Assembly (NCBI GenBank): GCA_041489255.1
Contig: JBGPQV010000001.1
Span: 288,001 to 352,000 of the forward strand
Direction: 5' to 3'
Origin: Thermoplasmata archaeon
GTDB taxonomy: Archaea; Thermoplasmatota; Thermoplasmata; RBG-16-68-12; JAFNFQ01
DNA: 64,000 nt
Below, piece after piece: positions 29,180 to 38,725 of this stretch. The notes beneath the pieces were generated by a model. That model worked only from the letters and a program-made list of their open reading frames with translations. It was not told the origin of the DNA and searched no databases. Every line of letters starts with the position of its first letter. Position 1 is the first letter of the stretch. A program made the position numbers and the translations under genes.

Positions 29180-29791
29180 ATGCTCGATGTCCTTGCCTTG
29201 TTCGGCGTGGGAGTGCTCCTTGGTCTGTCGATAGCGGCTCCCCCGGGACCCGCCAACGCGATGATCGCCACTCACGCGGTGACGAGGAAGCGCTGGTGGG
29301 CCGGCACGCTCGTGGGCTTCGGTGCGATGACTGCTGATGCGATGTTTCTCGCGATCACCTACCTCGTCGGCAGGGCCGTGCAGCCAGATGAGAATACCTT
29401 GGTCGCGATCTACGGCACAGGTGCGTGCGTCATGTTCTTCTTCGCGTACAACGCGAGCAGGGAATGGAGGAGGCCTCCGATGGACCAGCTGCAGGAGGTC
29501 CGACCGACGCATTCCTACTTCTCTGGCCTCGCAATCGGCCTGACCAATCCATATCAGATACTTTGGTGGTTGACGGCGGGACTCGCGTTCATCCAGAGCG
29601 TCGGCCTCGCGATTGTGGCGGGTTTCTTCTGCGGCATCATCATATGGACCGTGAGCTTCCCTTGGGCGCTCGACTTCGCGAAGAGGAGAATCGAGAAGGC
29701 GTATCATGTTGTCCTGCTCTTCTCGCTGGCCACCCTCGTCATCCTCGGAACCTGGCTCATCCTGCAGGTGGCGGTTCTCTTGCTGACATAG
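29180..29791 (+). CDS. LysE/RhtB-family translocator
   Basis: GLSIAAPPGPAN, GFGAMTAD, GLTNPYQILWW; multiple TMs. Confidence 0.88.
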   Translation: MLDVLALFGVGVLLGLSIAAPPGPANAMIATHAVTRKRWWAGTLVGFGAMTADAMFLAITYLVGRAVQPDENTLVAIYGTGACVMFFFAYNASREWRRPPMDQLQEVRPTHSYFSGLAIGLTNPYQILWWLTAGLAFIQSVGLAIVAGFFCGIIIWTVSFPWALDFAKRRIEKAYHVVLLFSLATLVILGTWLILQVAVLLLT

Positions 29792-29868
29792 TCGCGCGAC
29801 CGCGAATCTCGGCGCGATGCTACGTCCGCGTGATAGAGAGATTGGCGGGTACAATATCTAACGGCCCG

Positions 29869-30090
29869 ATGCTGGACGGAATATCCACAGCCTACCTGAA
29901 CCGCCTTTACCCCGCGCAATGGGTCCTCGCGGAGGTCTTGGATGCGGATGCGAGGAAGAGACCGACGCGGGTGCGGGTAATCGCCCACAGCGCGAACCGG
30001 CAGGACATACACTCGGTCCTTATGCAATCGCATGGGCACCTCGTGCTCCTCTTCGTCGGGGCTCCGCGGATCGATAGCATTGCTTTCTAG
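29869..30090 (+). CDS. Small hypothetical protein, DUF5678-like
   Basis: 73 aa MLDGISTAYLNRLYPAQWVLAEV...VIAHSANRQDI; real part of track ORF 29425..30090. Confidence 0.55.
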   Translation: MLDGISTAYLNRLYPAQWVLAEVLDADARKRPTRVRVIAHSANRQDIHSVLMQSHGHLVLLFVGAPRIDSIAF

Positions 30091-30093
30091 GGC

Positions 30094-30894
30094 TCACCAC
30101 GGGACGCGCTGGTAACCAGTGTTCTCCTTCACCTCGCTCAGTTCCACGTCCAGAACCACATCTGCAATCCTCACCTGCTGGTCGGCGAAGTCGTCTATGG
30201 TCGCCTGGTTCGGCGGCACTGGCCTGAACAGCTCCCGGATTCCTTTGTCCGGCACGGTGACCTCGATGCCACGAGGGTGGTGCTGCAGCCTTACGACACT
30301 GTCGACCGACTCGTAGAGGACCTTCCGCAGCTTCCTGCGCCTGTTCATCTTCGAGAGGCCCGCGTTCGTCACGAGGGTGACGGTCTCGTGCTTCTCCGTG
30401 ACCTCCCTGATCTTCCTGAGAGACCGCATGAAGAGCTGATGCGCCTCGTCGTAGTCGACGTCCTCGTCGAGGAACAGGTCCGGGAGGCAGGCGAGGACGA
30501 GAAGGCCCGCCCCCGTCTCCTCGATCTTCTTCTCGACGACGTCGAGGATGAGGGTAGCCATCTGGTACGTGGTGAAGGCCCTGGCGACGTGTATCCTCGG
30601 CAGCACGTAGAGGCGGCTCATCCCGAACCTCTTCGCGAGCGACGCCATGCCGTACGGGTCAACGCTGTTCCCGCCATCGACGAAAACGACGCTGCCGCCA
30701 GTATCGAAGATGTGGCGGACGCAGAGCACGGATGTCATGTGGAAGACGAAGTCGCTGCCGCTGTCCACGAGGCTAACCTTCCCCGCCTCGAAGCCGCCAA
30801 TGATCGAGTCAAGGACGCCCAGCGATGTCTGCAGCGTGCGCCTGGCGGGAAGCGCCTGCTCCTGAAGGGCGATTGTCTCTGCAACTAGCGCCAC
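30094..30894 (-). CDS. RadA/RecA-like protein lacking Walker A (PolB2-associated, ImuA-like)
   Basis: LDSIIGGFEAG, VVFVDGGNSVDPY, IHVARAFTTYQ; no GxxxxGKT; C-terminal QATIDDF (PIP-like). Confidence 0.85.
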   Translation of the reverse strand: MALVAETIALQEQALPARRTLQTSLGVLDSIIGGFEAGKVSLVDSGSDFVFHMTSVLCVRHIFDTGGSVVFVDGGNSVDPYGMASLAKRFGMSRLYVLPRIHVARAFTTYQMATLILDVVEKKIEETGAGLLVLACLPDLFLDEDVDYDEAHQLFMRSLRKIREVTEKHETVTLVTNAGLSKMNRRRKLRKVLYESVDSVVRLQHHPRGIEVTVPDKGIRELFRPVPPNQATIDDFADQQVRIADVVLDVELSEVKENTGYQRVPW

Positions 30895-30962
30895 TTTTTC
30901 TCCCCTGCTGACCAGCGTTCACTGACTACAAAAGGCGGGAGAGGGGAGGGAGATGAGTGAAT

Positions 30963-31637
30963 CTACCGTTTGCCAGATGCGCCTTGTCTATAAGAGACTA
31001 AGACTTCCGCCGCCACGGTCCAGACCTTCAGAGGACTTTCGTGGATGGAGATAATTTCCTTGCAGAGGTCTTTCACAGGGCTGTTGAACGCCCCATGCGG
31101 GAAGCCGCCGATAATCATCGTCAGGTCGCCTTTCTTCTTGCCAAGGAAATCCTGCAAGTCGACTTTCTTGCCGGCGGAATCTAGGGCGACCGCCTTCCCG
31201 CCGGCCTCTTCCAACACCGCCTTCAAGTCTTTCCCGCTTTCCAACGTCAACAACGGGGAGCCCTCGGTCGGCACCCGCCCCGCCGCGAACAACTCCTCCA
31301 TCAGCCCGACGAACCTCGTGTAGTTCTTCGGAATCCGGGTCTCCGGCGCGATCGTGATCATCTCGTTGTTGCGCGTATGCACAATCGTCTTCAACCGGCC
31401 CTCTGAATTCAGGATCGAGTCGAGGCAGAGCAGCATGAAAAAGTGCACTATGTCGGGCCTGCCCCGCCGCTCTCCCTGCTCGAGTCTGTTCATGGCGGCA
31501 TGGTGGTAGCTCGAGTCCAGCAGCACCTTGGCGGGAGACTTGCCTCGCTTCCTCGCGTAGCTCCTGATGGCGGGATGACCTTGTATCTCCGGCGGGACAA
31601 GCTCCAGTTCAGAATCGGCGAGGACGAGGGTGAGCAT
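30963..31637 (-). CDS. nep1: 16S rRNA pseudouridine N1-methyltransferase Nep1/Emg1
   Basis: LADSELELVP, LLDSSYHH, RGRPDIVH, RIPKNYTRFVGLME, IGGFPHG; start ATG 31637. Confidence 0.92.
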   Translation of the reverse strand: MLTLVLADSELELVPPEIQGHPAIRSYARKRGKSPAKVLLDSSYHHAAMNRLEQGERRGRPDIVHFFMLLCLDSILNSEGRLKTIVHTRNNEMITIAPETRIPKNYTRFVGLMEELFAAGRVPTEGSPLLTLESGKDLKAVLEEAGGKAVALDSAGKKVDLQDFLGKKKGDLTMIIGGFPHGAFNSPVKDLCKEIISIHESPLKVWTVAAEVLVSYRQGASGKR

Positions 31638-31645
31638 ACGCAATC

Positions 31646-32710
31646 CTAGCTCAGGATGTCCATGAGTCTCCCCGCCTTCCTCGCGAGCTTGATCTCGCGG
31701 GCGATCCTCCGCCCGGTCGACATGCCCGGCTCGATGAGGTCGGAGTAGGGGCTGCCTGAGATGAACAGGTTCGTCCCCGCGACGATCCGCGTGCTTATCT
31801 CGAACACCTTGAACTCGAGCTTGTCGTTCACGATCGACTCGAGGCAGAACGGGCCTATCATCCCGCCGAACAGCTCGAGGGATCTCTCCACGACCTTGTC
31901 GCCGAGCTCGAACGCCCTCGGCAGGAGAGACTCGCGAAGCACGACGGGCATGTTGCCCGTGACGACGAACGAGGGGTAGAAGCCCATGTCCCTCAGCCCC
32001 TCCTGCGCGCCGAGCTTGTACATCTCGTCGATGTTCGACTCGTCGCGGCGGTCTATGCCGAGGAACTCGAGGGAGCCCTTGCTCAGCCGATAGCCCTTCT
32101 CGACTATCGGGGAGTAGAAGAAGTGCATGTAGTACCTGGTGCCGACGATGTACTCCTGGATCGTGTAGGGCTGGCCGACCTTGATCCCGTGCCTGAAGTC
32201 CTCGTAGTTCTTCGCGATGAAGCTGCCGCGGCCGCCCTTCGCCCCGTGGTACTTGACAAGGACCGGGCGGTCTATCTTCTCCGGCTTGTCGATCTTGGCG
32301 GGCATGTCGACGCCCGCGGAGGCGAGCCAATTGCGCTGCATCTCCCTGTCCGACTCCCAGGCGAGGACGTCGCGGTTGCCGAACGTGGGCAGCTCGAGCT
32401 TCGCGAAGTTCTGTGCGCCCATGTACTCGACGAAGGAACCGTGCGGCACCGCCACCACGCTCTTCCCCCTGAGCTCCTCCGCCCTGTCGAGGATCTCGCC
32501 GTAGCTCTTCACGATCAGGAAATCATCGGGCTTCGCGAGGGGGAATGCGTCGTAGAACTTCGGCTGCTTGCCTATGGCTATGCCCAGCGTGCGGAAGCCC
32601 TCTTGTCTGGCGCCATGGAAAATCTGGAGGCTGGAATGAGAACAGACAGTGGCCACGACGGGGTCGCGATAATCCTCGAGGAACTTGCGGATGTCCCCCT
32701 TCGAGACCAT
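31646..32710 (-). CDS. purP: FAICAR synthetase (formate-dependent, ATP-grasp)
   Basis: CSHSSLQI..GA..EGF, PHGSFVEY, GAKGGRG, GIDRRDE, VTGN.P..LRESLL, GPFCLE, RIVAGTN. Confidence 0.93.
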   Translation of the reverse strand: MVSKGDIRKFLEDYRDPVVATVCSHSSLQIFHGARQEGFRTLGIAIGKQPKFYDAFPLAKPDDFLIVKSYGEILDRAEELRGKSVVAVPHGSFVEYMGAQNFAKLELPTFGNRDVLAWESDREMQRNWLASAGVDMPAKIDKPEKIDRPVLVKYHGAKGGRGSFIAKNYEDFRHGIKVGQPYTIQEYIVGTRYYMHFFYSPIVEKGYRLSKGSLEFLGIDRRDESNIDEMYKLGAQEGLRDMGFYPSFVVTGNMPVVLRESLLPRAFELGDKVVERSLELFGGMIGPFCLESIVNDKLEFKVFEISTRIVAGTNLFISGSPYSDLIEPGMSTGRRIAREIKLARKAGRLMDILS

Positions 32711-32814
32711 ATTGAACGATACTGAAATGCCGCTTTAAAGGTTTCGAATGTCCCCCCGATGGCGGGAAACATCTAAGGCCTCGCGGCACACTGCGGGGGC
32801 AGAGGGGACACGCC

Positions 32815-33447
32815 ATGGAGCTCTTGAAGGGAGTCCACGTGATCGAGACGTATGCGAACTGCGCTCTGTTGGTCGATGACAGGCTCATCCTCGTCGACAC
32901 GGGTGCCGATGGCGGTGCGAAGGATGTGCTGGGCTACCTCGACCGCATCAGGCGCAAGCCAACCGACATTTCAACAATCATCATCACTCACACCCACCCG
33001 GACCACGTGGGCGGCTTGGCGGTGATCAGGGAGAAGTCTGGTGCAAAGGTTGCATCTCATCGCATCGAGGCTGACTACATTTCGCGCAAGAAGCCCTACC
33101 CGGGGCCGCCAGGAATCCAGAGGCACAAGCCCGCCGATATCGACATTCTTCTCGAGGACAAACAGAGGTTCGAGGAGATGCTCGTCCTTCACACGCCGGG
33201 TCACACGCCCGGCAGCGTCTCGCTCCTCGACGAGAGGCGCAAGCTCTTGATCGCCGGCGACGCGTGCCAGACCGAGGAGGGCACGATCGGCCCGATGGAC
33301 GACGCCTACAACATCGACCCGAGGATGCACAGGGAGAGCATCAAGAGGCTGGCACAGCTCGACTTCGAGGCGATCATCGTAGGTCACGGCAAGCCGCTCG
33401 CGACCGGGCAGTCGAAGGTCATGAGGCAGCTCGCGTCGAGGCTCTGA
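32815..33447 (+). CDS. MBL-fold metallo-hydrolase
   Basis: LVDTG, THTHPDHVGG, HTPGHTPGS, AGD, GHG. Confidence 0.92.
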   Translation: MELLKGVHVIETYANCALLVDDRLILVDTGADGGAKDVLGYLDRIRRKPTDISTIIITHTHPDHVGGLAVIREKSGAKVASHRIEADYISRKKPYPGPPGIQRHKPADIDILLEDKQRFEEMLVLHTPGHTPGSVSLLDERRKLLIAGDACQTEEGTIGPMDDAYNIDPRMHRESIKRLAQLDFEAIIVGHGKPLATGQSKVMRQLASRL

Positions 33448-33617
33448 GGAATGTCCAGGACCTCTCCGGACGCGAAGCGCGGGCAATGCGGTCACGAGAG
33501 ATTGTTCCTCGGTTGAGACTGGCGCGGGAAGGTTTTTATCATCGCGTCCGCGTTTCATGACCTGGAGCAAGATGACGGGACCTCGAATGACCGCGCCTGT
33601 GACATCATCGGAGGGTC

Positions 33618-34469
33618 GTGCGGGTGATGAGTAAGACGGGGTTCAGGCAGACGGCTGGAGACGTCACCCTGGACCTTTTCGACAAAGTGATACGACGCGG
33701 CGGCGAGGATTCGAGCATGGCGAGGGCCCTCAGGATCGCCTCCAGGATGATCCGCAAGAGAGCCTCCATGGAGACGATGAAGAGCTACCTTGGCGAACCG
33801 TGGATGAATAGACTGCTGGAGTGTCAGGAGGAGGTCGCCCGGTGCGGGGCGGTTCCGTACTACCTGAACCAATACAGGGGACAGGAGATCTCTTTCTGGC
33901 TGAGCATACCGAGGTGGATATACGAGGGTCGAACGAGCGCACATATCGAACGAAGTCTGGACATAGGCTGTGCCTACGGCACTCTCGCCCTTTTATGCAA
34001 GCGCCTGTTCGATTGCGAGGTCTATTGCCTCGACATGATGACCAGCGAGCAGATAGAATCTCTCACAAAGAAGAACGACATGTCATTCGCGGTGAACAAC
34101 ATCGAATTGGACCCGTTCCCGTGGGATCTCAAGTTCGACCTGATCACATTCACCGAGGTGCTGGAGCACCTCAACTTCAACCCAGTGCCGACGCTGCAGA
34201 AGATTCACGACCACATGACGGATAAAGGAAGATTCTACCTGAGCACGCCGGATGCGGCGCAATGGGGCAAGATAAGGGGAAGCCATTCGAGCTGGAGAGA
34301 CATCCCCTATCCAAAGAAGGGGCTGCCGCTCACAGGAGGTCACGTATACCAGTACAGCAAAGATGAATTGTTCCAGGTCGTCGGCGAGGCGGGATTGGAC
34401 GTGGAGAAATTCGATTATGCGCCGGGCTTCGGAGCTAGGCACCTCAATGTCTGCCTTAGAAGGAAATGA
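33618..34469 (+). CDS. Class I SAM-dependent methyltransferase
   Basis: LDIGCAYG, FDLITFTEVLEHL, LSTPD. Confidence 0.85.
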   Translation: MRVMSKTGFRQTAGDVTLDLFDKVIRRGGEDSSMARALRIASRMIRKRASMETMKSYLGEPWMNRLLECQEEVARCGAVPYYLNQYRGQEISFWLSIPRWIYEGRTSAHIERSLDIGCAYGTLALLCKRLFDCEVYCLDMMTSEQIESLTKKNDMSFAVNNIELDPFPWDLKFDLITFTEVLEHLNFNPVPTLQKIHDHMTDKGRFYLSTPDAAQWGKIRGSHSSWRDIPYPKKGLPLTGGHVYQYSKDELFQVVGEAGLDVEKFDYAPGFGARHLNVCLRRK

Positions 34470-34554
34470 TTCCACCTTCCTGAGCACTCGATTCCGGTTG
34501 ACTGGGAAATGGCTTCGGTGTCAATTGGAGAATCAGAAGACCACTCATGTAACT

Positions 34555-35820
34555 CTATGACAGCTGCAGCTTCTTCTCCTGATATCGCCCCACCGGCCCC
34601 GCGACCGCCAGAGAGCAGTCCTCTATGCGGATGTACTTCTCCGCCGCCTCGTGAATCTGCTCGGCGGTCAGGCTGCGGATCATCTCCGGGAACCTCTTGA
34701 GGTAGTCGAGCCCAAGGCCGAAGTACTCCATGCGGAACAGCTCCCCCGCCATCTCCGCGTTTCTCTCGAGCGAGACCTTGAGCGAGCCGATCTGGTTGTC
34801 CTTGCCGTCTGATATCTCCTGGTCTGTCAGCGGCTCCTTGTGAAGCCTGTCCATCTCGAGCCTGATGCCGTCGACGGCCTTCTGCAGGTTCTCGGGGTTC
34901 ACGCCCATGGCGATGGCCCAGTGTCCCGCCACGAGCCTAGGGTCGAGCGTGCTGAAGGAGTAGTAAGCGAGGCCCTGCGTGTCCCTGAGGTTCTTGCCGA
35001 GGCGGCCGTACATCCCTATCCGCCCGAAGAGTAGGTTGGCCATGTTCAATGCGTGGAAGTCCTTGTGATTGCGGGGGATCGCCCTCAGCCCTACGGCGAT
35101 GTCCGCCTGGGACTTGTGCGGCATCGGGACTGTCTTCGTGACTTTCTTGGCGGGGGCGGGGATGGGCAGCTTCGGTCTCTCGCCTTCTCCTTCGAACTTC
35201 GAGAGCACCGGTGAGATCTTCGTCTCAACCAACTCCCTGTCGACATCTCCTGACATCACGACAATCATGCCCTTCGGACCGTAGCTGGCCTTGTGATGCG
35301 AGACGAGGTCGCTTCTCTTGATGCGCTTCACATCGGTTACCTCGCCGCGCGGGTCTTTGCCGTAGAGATGGTTCGGATACAGCGAGGCCATGAGCTCCTT
35401 CGCCGCGCGCCTGGCGGTGTCGTCCATGTCCATCTTGATCTCGTCCAGAATTTCCCCGTGCTCCTTCTCCACCTCGGATTGCGGGAAGGAGGGATTGGAC
35501 AGGCAGTCCACCATGATGCCGAATACTTTCGGAGCGGTCTCGCGCGGGCATTTCCCGCCAAAGTGGACAGCTTCCTCGGCGTTCCTGAACTCCAGCGTGG
35601 CCCCGAGCCTCTCGATGTCCTCGGCTAGCTTGCTCGACTTTCTCGTCTTCGTCCCGCCGAGCAGGAGCCTGGCGGTGAACTCCGCGACGCCCCTCTTATC
35701 CTCGCTCGCGGTGCCCGCCCACAGGCATCCGTGGAACGCCACGAACGGATTGGCGGGCATCGGGTGATACAGGACCGCGATGCCGTTGTCCAAGACGATC
35801 CTCTGCGGTTGGAGGCTCAT
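34555..35820 (-). CDS. M16B peptidase, non-catalytic subunit
   Basis: LDNG, lacks HxxEH (GVAEFTARLL), RLGKNLRDTQGLAY (R/Y pair). Confidence 0.88.
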   Translation of the reverse strand: MSLQPQRIVLDNGIAVLYHPMPANPFVAFHGCLWAGTASEDKRGVAEFTARLLLGGTKTRKSSKLAEDIERLGATLEFRNAEEAVHFGGKCPRETAPKVFGIMVDCLSNPSFPQSEVEKEHGEILDEIKMDMDDTARRAAKELMASLYPNHLYGKDPRGEVTDVKRIKRSDLVSHHKASYGPKGMIVVMSGDVDRELVETKISPVLSKFEGEGERPKLPIPAPAKKVTKTVPMPHKSQADIAVGLRAIPRNHKDFHALNMANLLFGRIGMYGRLGKNLRDTQGLAYYSFSTLDPRLVAGHWAIAMGVNPENLQKAVDGIRLEMDRLHKEPLTDQEISDGKDNQIGSLKVSLERNAEMAGELFRMEYFGLGLDYLKRFPEMIRSLTAEQIHEAAEKYIRIEDCSLAVAGPVGRYQEKKLQLS

Positions 35821-37094
35821 GCCTTCACCTCCTCGGCCAGGAAGTGGACTACAGTCCTGTTGTTGTCAGTCAGGTACTTTCGAGCGACATCCTGGATGTC
35901 CTTGGCCGTCACCCTGTCGACCGCCGAGATTGTGTGATCGTACTTCTCGAACCCTCCCGCCATCTCGAAGAATGTCGTGATCATCCCCTGGTAGGTCACG
36001 CCGTCGTTCTCGAACCCGCTCCACGCGCGTATCTGCGTCCTCGCGACATCGAGCTCGACCTTCGCTGGCGGCTTCTGCTTGATCTTCTCGATCTCGTTGA
36101 ACAGCACTCTCTCTGCTTTCTCCGGAGGGACTCCGCTCCTTACCGCAACGTGAGAGACGAGAAGGCCCGGGTCGATCTTGACCTCCGCCCTGCACGTCAC
36201 ATCGATGGCGAGCTTCGCCTCGACGAGCGCCTTGTACAGCCTGTTGCTCCTCGGCTGCCATCCGATTGCGGCGAATGGGTGGTACCCCCGCCAACCGGCG
36301 AGGACTGCCGAAAGCATCGCCAGCTTCGGCGTGTCGTCATGGGAGAACTCGGGAATGTGCCACCCGGCGAAGATGTGGTCCAGGCTGCCTGGTTTCCTGA
36401 TTACCGACCGCCTCTCGCCCATCTGGGGCGGCTCCTTCAGGTTCATCGGCTCCGGCGGCTGCTCCGGCTTGAACCCGCCGAACCTCGCGCGGATCTTCTC
36501 CATTGTCGCCGCTTCATCGAAGCCGCCGACCACCACCATCGCCGCGTTGTTCGGCGCATAGTACCTGAGGTAGTGGCGGTACATCGTGTCCCTGTCGAGG
36601 CGCTGCAGGTCCTGCTTCCAGCCTATGGGGAGCCAGTGGTACGGGTGGATGTGGAAGGCGTTGCTCCAGAGCTCCTCCTCCGCGACGAACTCCGGCATGT
36701 TCTCGGCGCCCTCCCTCTCGGAGATGACGACGGTCCTCTCCGACTCGAACTCCTTCTGCTCGAACGCGGCGTTGCGCATCCTTTCCGCCTCGATGAAGAG
36801 AGCAGTGTCGACCGCGTCGGCGGGCACGGTCTCGAAGTACGCGGTGAAGTCTGTGTCGGTAAAGGCGTTTAACTTCCCGCCAAGGCGGCCGATGAGGAGG
36901 TCTATGTCGCCCTTCTTGAGCTTCCCCCCGCCCTTGAACAGCATGTGCTCGACCCAGTGAGTCGAACCTGTCATGCCGGGGCGCTCGTTCCTGGAGCCTA
37001 TGTGATACCCGATCCAGACGCTGACCGCCGTCGCCCCGGGTATCTGCTTCAGAATCACCTTGAGACCGTTGTCCAGCTTGGTGACCGTGGCCAT
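35817..37094 (-). CDS. M16B peptidase, catalytic subunit
   Basis: GSRNE, HWVEH (HxxEH), NAFT, ERTVVISE, HPY, YAPNNA. Confidence 0.92.
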   Translation of the reverse strand: MATVTKLDNGLKVILKQIPGATAVSVWIGYHIGSRNERPGMTGSTHWVEHMLFKGGGKLKKGDIDLLIGRLGGKLNAFTDTDFTAYFETVPADAVDTALFIEAERMRNAAFEQKEFESERTVVISEREGAENMPEFVAEEELWSNAFHIHPYHWLPIGWKQDLQRLDRDTMYRHYLRYYAPNNAAMVVVGGFDEAATMEKIRARFGGFKPEQPPEPMNLKEPPQMGERRSVIRKPGSLDHIFAGWHIPEFSHDDTPKLAMLSAVLAGWRGYHPFAAIGWQPRSNRLYKALVEAKLAIDVTCRAEVKIDPGLLVSHVAVRSGVPPEKAERVLFNEIEKIKQKPPAKVELDVARTQIRAWSGFENDGVTYQGMITTFFEMAGGFEKYDHTISAVDRVTAKDIQDVARKYLTDNNRTVVHFLAEEVKA

Positions 37095-37206
37095 GGGGCT
37101 GGATAAGGTCGCACGCCCCTAAAGCTTTGGCCTGGTCGGCGGAGGCTGGCGGCGCGGGAGATGACACCTGAGAACCGCCGCCAAGTTCTTAGCCGAAGAG
37201 AATCAA

Positions 37207-38226
37207 TTGCCACCCGTGCGCAGACAATGCCTGGTCGTGCCGAAACGCAGAGCCGAGGAGGTCAGGCGCAGCCTACTTGAACGAGGGCTCTTGGAGAAAC
37301 ACCTGACTGTTCTCAGAGAGGGCGACTTCATCCTGTTTCCCGTCAGGGAGCGGTTCGACTCTGAGTTCCGCTTCGAGGAGAAAGAATTCTCCGAGGCGTT
37401 CAAACCAATCTCGCATTACAGCGAGGTGGTCGACGTCCCCGAGGATCTCAAGTCACTTTTGCCGACGTCGCTCGACATCATCGGCGACATCGCGCTCGTC
37501 CGAATGCCCGATGAGTTGCGAGACTATGGCGGGGCGGTTGGAGATGCCATCCTCAAGGCCTACAAGAGTGTGCTCTGCGTCTTCGCGGACGAGGGCGTTG
37601 GCGGGGAGTACAGGATCCGCAGGCTGCGTCACTTGGCGGGAGAGAACAGGACGAGGACTGTCCACCGCGAGCACGGCCTCTCGTATTCAGTCGACGTCTC
37701 GAAGGCCTATTTTTCTCCAAGACTCGCGAGTGAGCGTGTGAGGGTCACAGAGCAGGGCAAACCTGGCGAGGTAGTGCTCGACCTGTTCACAGGCGTCGGA
37801 CCTTATGCCATAATGATCGCAAGGAAAAGCAAACCATCGATAGTCTATGCCGTCGACAGCAACCCGGCCGCCTTCGAGCTGCTCGAGGAGAATGTGCGGG
37901 TGAACAGAGCGGAGAAGGTCAAGGCGATCCTGAGCGACGCCAGAGAGGCTCTGAAGAAGATAGGCAAGGTCGATAGGCTCATCCTCGATCTGCCGCAGTC
38001 AGCGCGTGATTTCTACATCGATGCACTCAGGTCTGTGAAGGTTGGCGGGATGCTGCACTACTACGAAATCGTCGAATTCGTCGAACTGGAAGACAGAAAG
38101 GAATGGCTGATCGAGGAAGCAAAGCGGCATGGAGTCGGTGTTGAACTCATCGTCACCAAAGAAGTGAAAACCTACTCTCCCGCCCAGAGGCACTTCGCCT
38201 TCGACCTCAGGGTTTCCCGAGCGTGA
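37207..38226 (+). CDS. trm5: tRNA (guanine-37) methyltransferase, Trm5/Met-10+ family
   Basis: DIIGDIA, GEYRIR, HREHG, YFSPRLASER, DLFTGVGPY, DSNP, LP, LHYY. Confidence 0.88.
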   Translation: MPPVRRQCLVVPKRRAEEVRRSLLERGLLEKHLTVLREGDFILFPVRERFDSEFRFEEKEFSEAFKPISHYSEVVDVPEDLKSLLPTSLDIIGDIALVRMPDELRDYGGAVGDAILKAYKSVLCVFADEGVGGEYRIRRLRHLAGENRTRTVHREHGLSYSVDVSKAYFSPRLASERVRVTEQGKPGEVVLDLFTGVGPYAIMIARKSKPSIVYAVDSNPAAFELLEENVRVNRAEKVKAILSDAREALKKIGKVDRLILDLPQSARDFYIDALRSVKVGGMLHYYEIVEFVELEDRKEWLIEEAKRHGVGVELIVTKEVKTYSPAQRHFAFDLRVSRA

Positions 38227-38689
38227 TGCCCCTCTGGTCCTGGTAGTTGCCGGACCTCTCGGCGTACAGCTTCATCGGCTTCGACTCGAGTCTCTCGAAC
38301 ACAATCTGCGCGAAGGTCTTCCCTATCTCGAGCTCCAGAGGCTCGGAGGAGGAGTTCAGGGCGGGGAGGGTTAGCGTGCCCCGGAAACCAGAGTCGACCT
38401 TGCCGAAGGACGCGATGACTCCCTTCCTGATCCAACTTGTCCTGAGCCAGAGCTGGGCGGTCAGCATCGCGCCGAGGTCGACCACCTCCTCCGTGCTCAC
38501 GATGAAGCGGGTCATCGGCGGGATCTTGACGGTGCCCTGAGTGACCTTGGAGTTCTGTCCCGGGATGAGGATTTCCGCAATCCCGAGGTCGTAGCCGTTG
38601 GGCGTGAGACGGCTGTCGCTGTATGGGTCGATCTTGAGTTCACCGACCTTGACGGCGTGAGAGATGTCGCCATCCGAAAGCACAGCCAC
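38207..38689 (-). CDS. dcd: dCTP deaminase / trimeric dUTPase family
   Basis: PNGYDL, RTSWIRKG, VDSGFRGTLT, AQIVF, YQDQRG. Confidence 0.85.
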   Translation of the reverse strand: MAVLSDGDISHAVKVGELKIDPYSDSRLTPNGYDLGIAEILIPGQNSKVTQGTVKIPPMTRFIVSTEEVVDLGAMLTAQLWLRTSWIRKGVIASFGKVDSGFRGTLTLPALNSSSEPLELEIGKTFAQIVFERLESKPMKLYAERSGNYQDQRGITLGKP

Positions 38690-38725
38690 GTTAACCGTGA
38701 GATAGCGTGCGTTCAAAAACCTTGT

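Noticed and set aside
21940-30894. PolB as hallmark of a casposon, pipolin or provirus
   Set aside because: Motifs are cellular PolB2-type; no Cas1, integrase, capsid or terminal inverted repeats seen
31638-32330. Apparent N-terminal extension of Nep1 (track ORF 30963-32330)
   Set aside because: Out-of-frame overlap with purP; Nep1 homology starts at ATG 31637
33557-33634. 25-codon uORF or C/D-box-like GTGATGA before the methyltransferase
   Set aside because: No matching D box or terminal stem; peptide unremarkable
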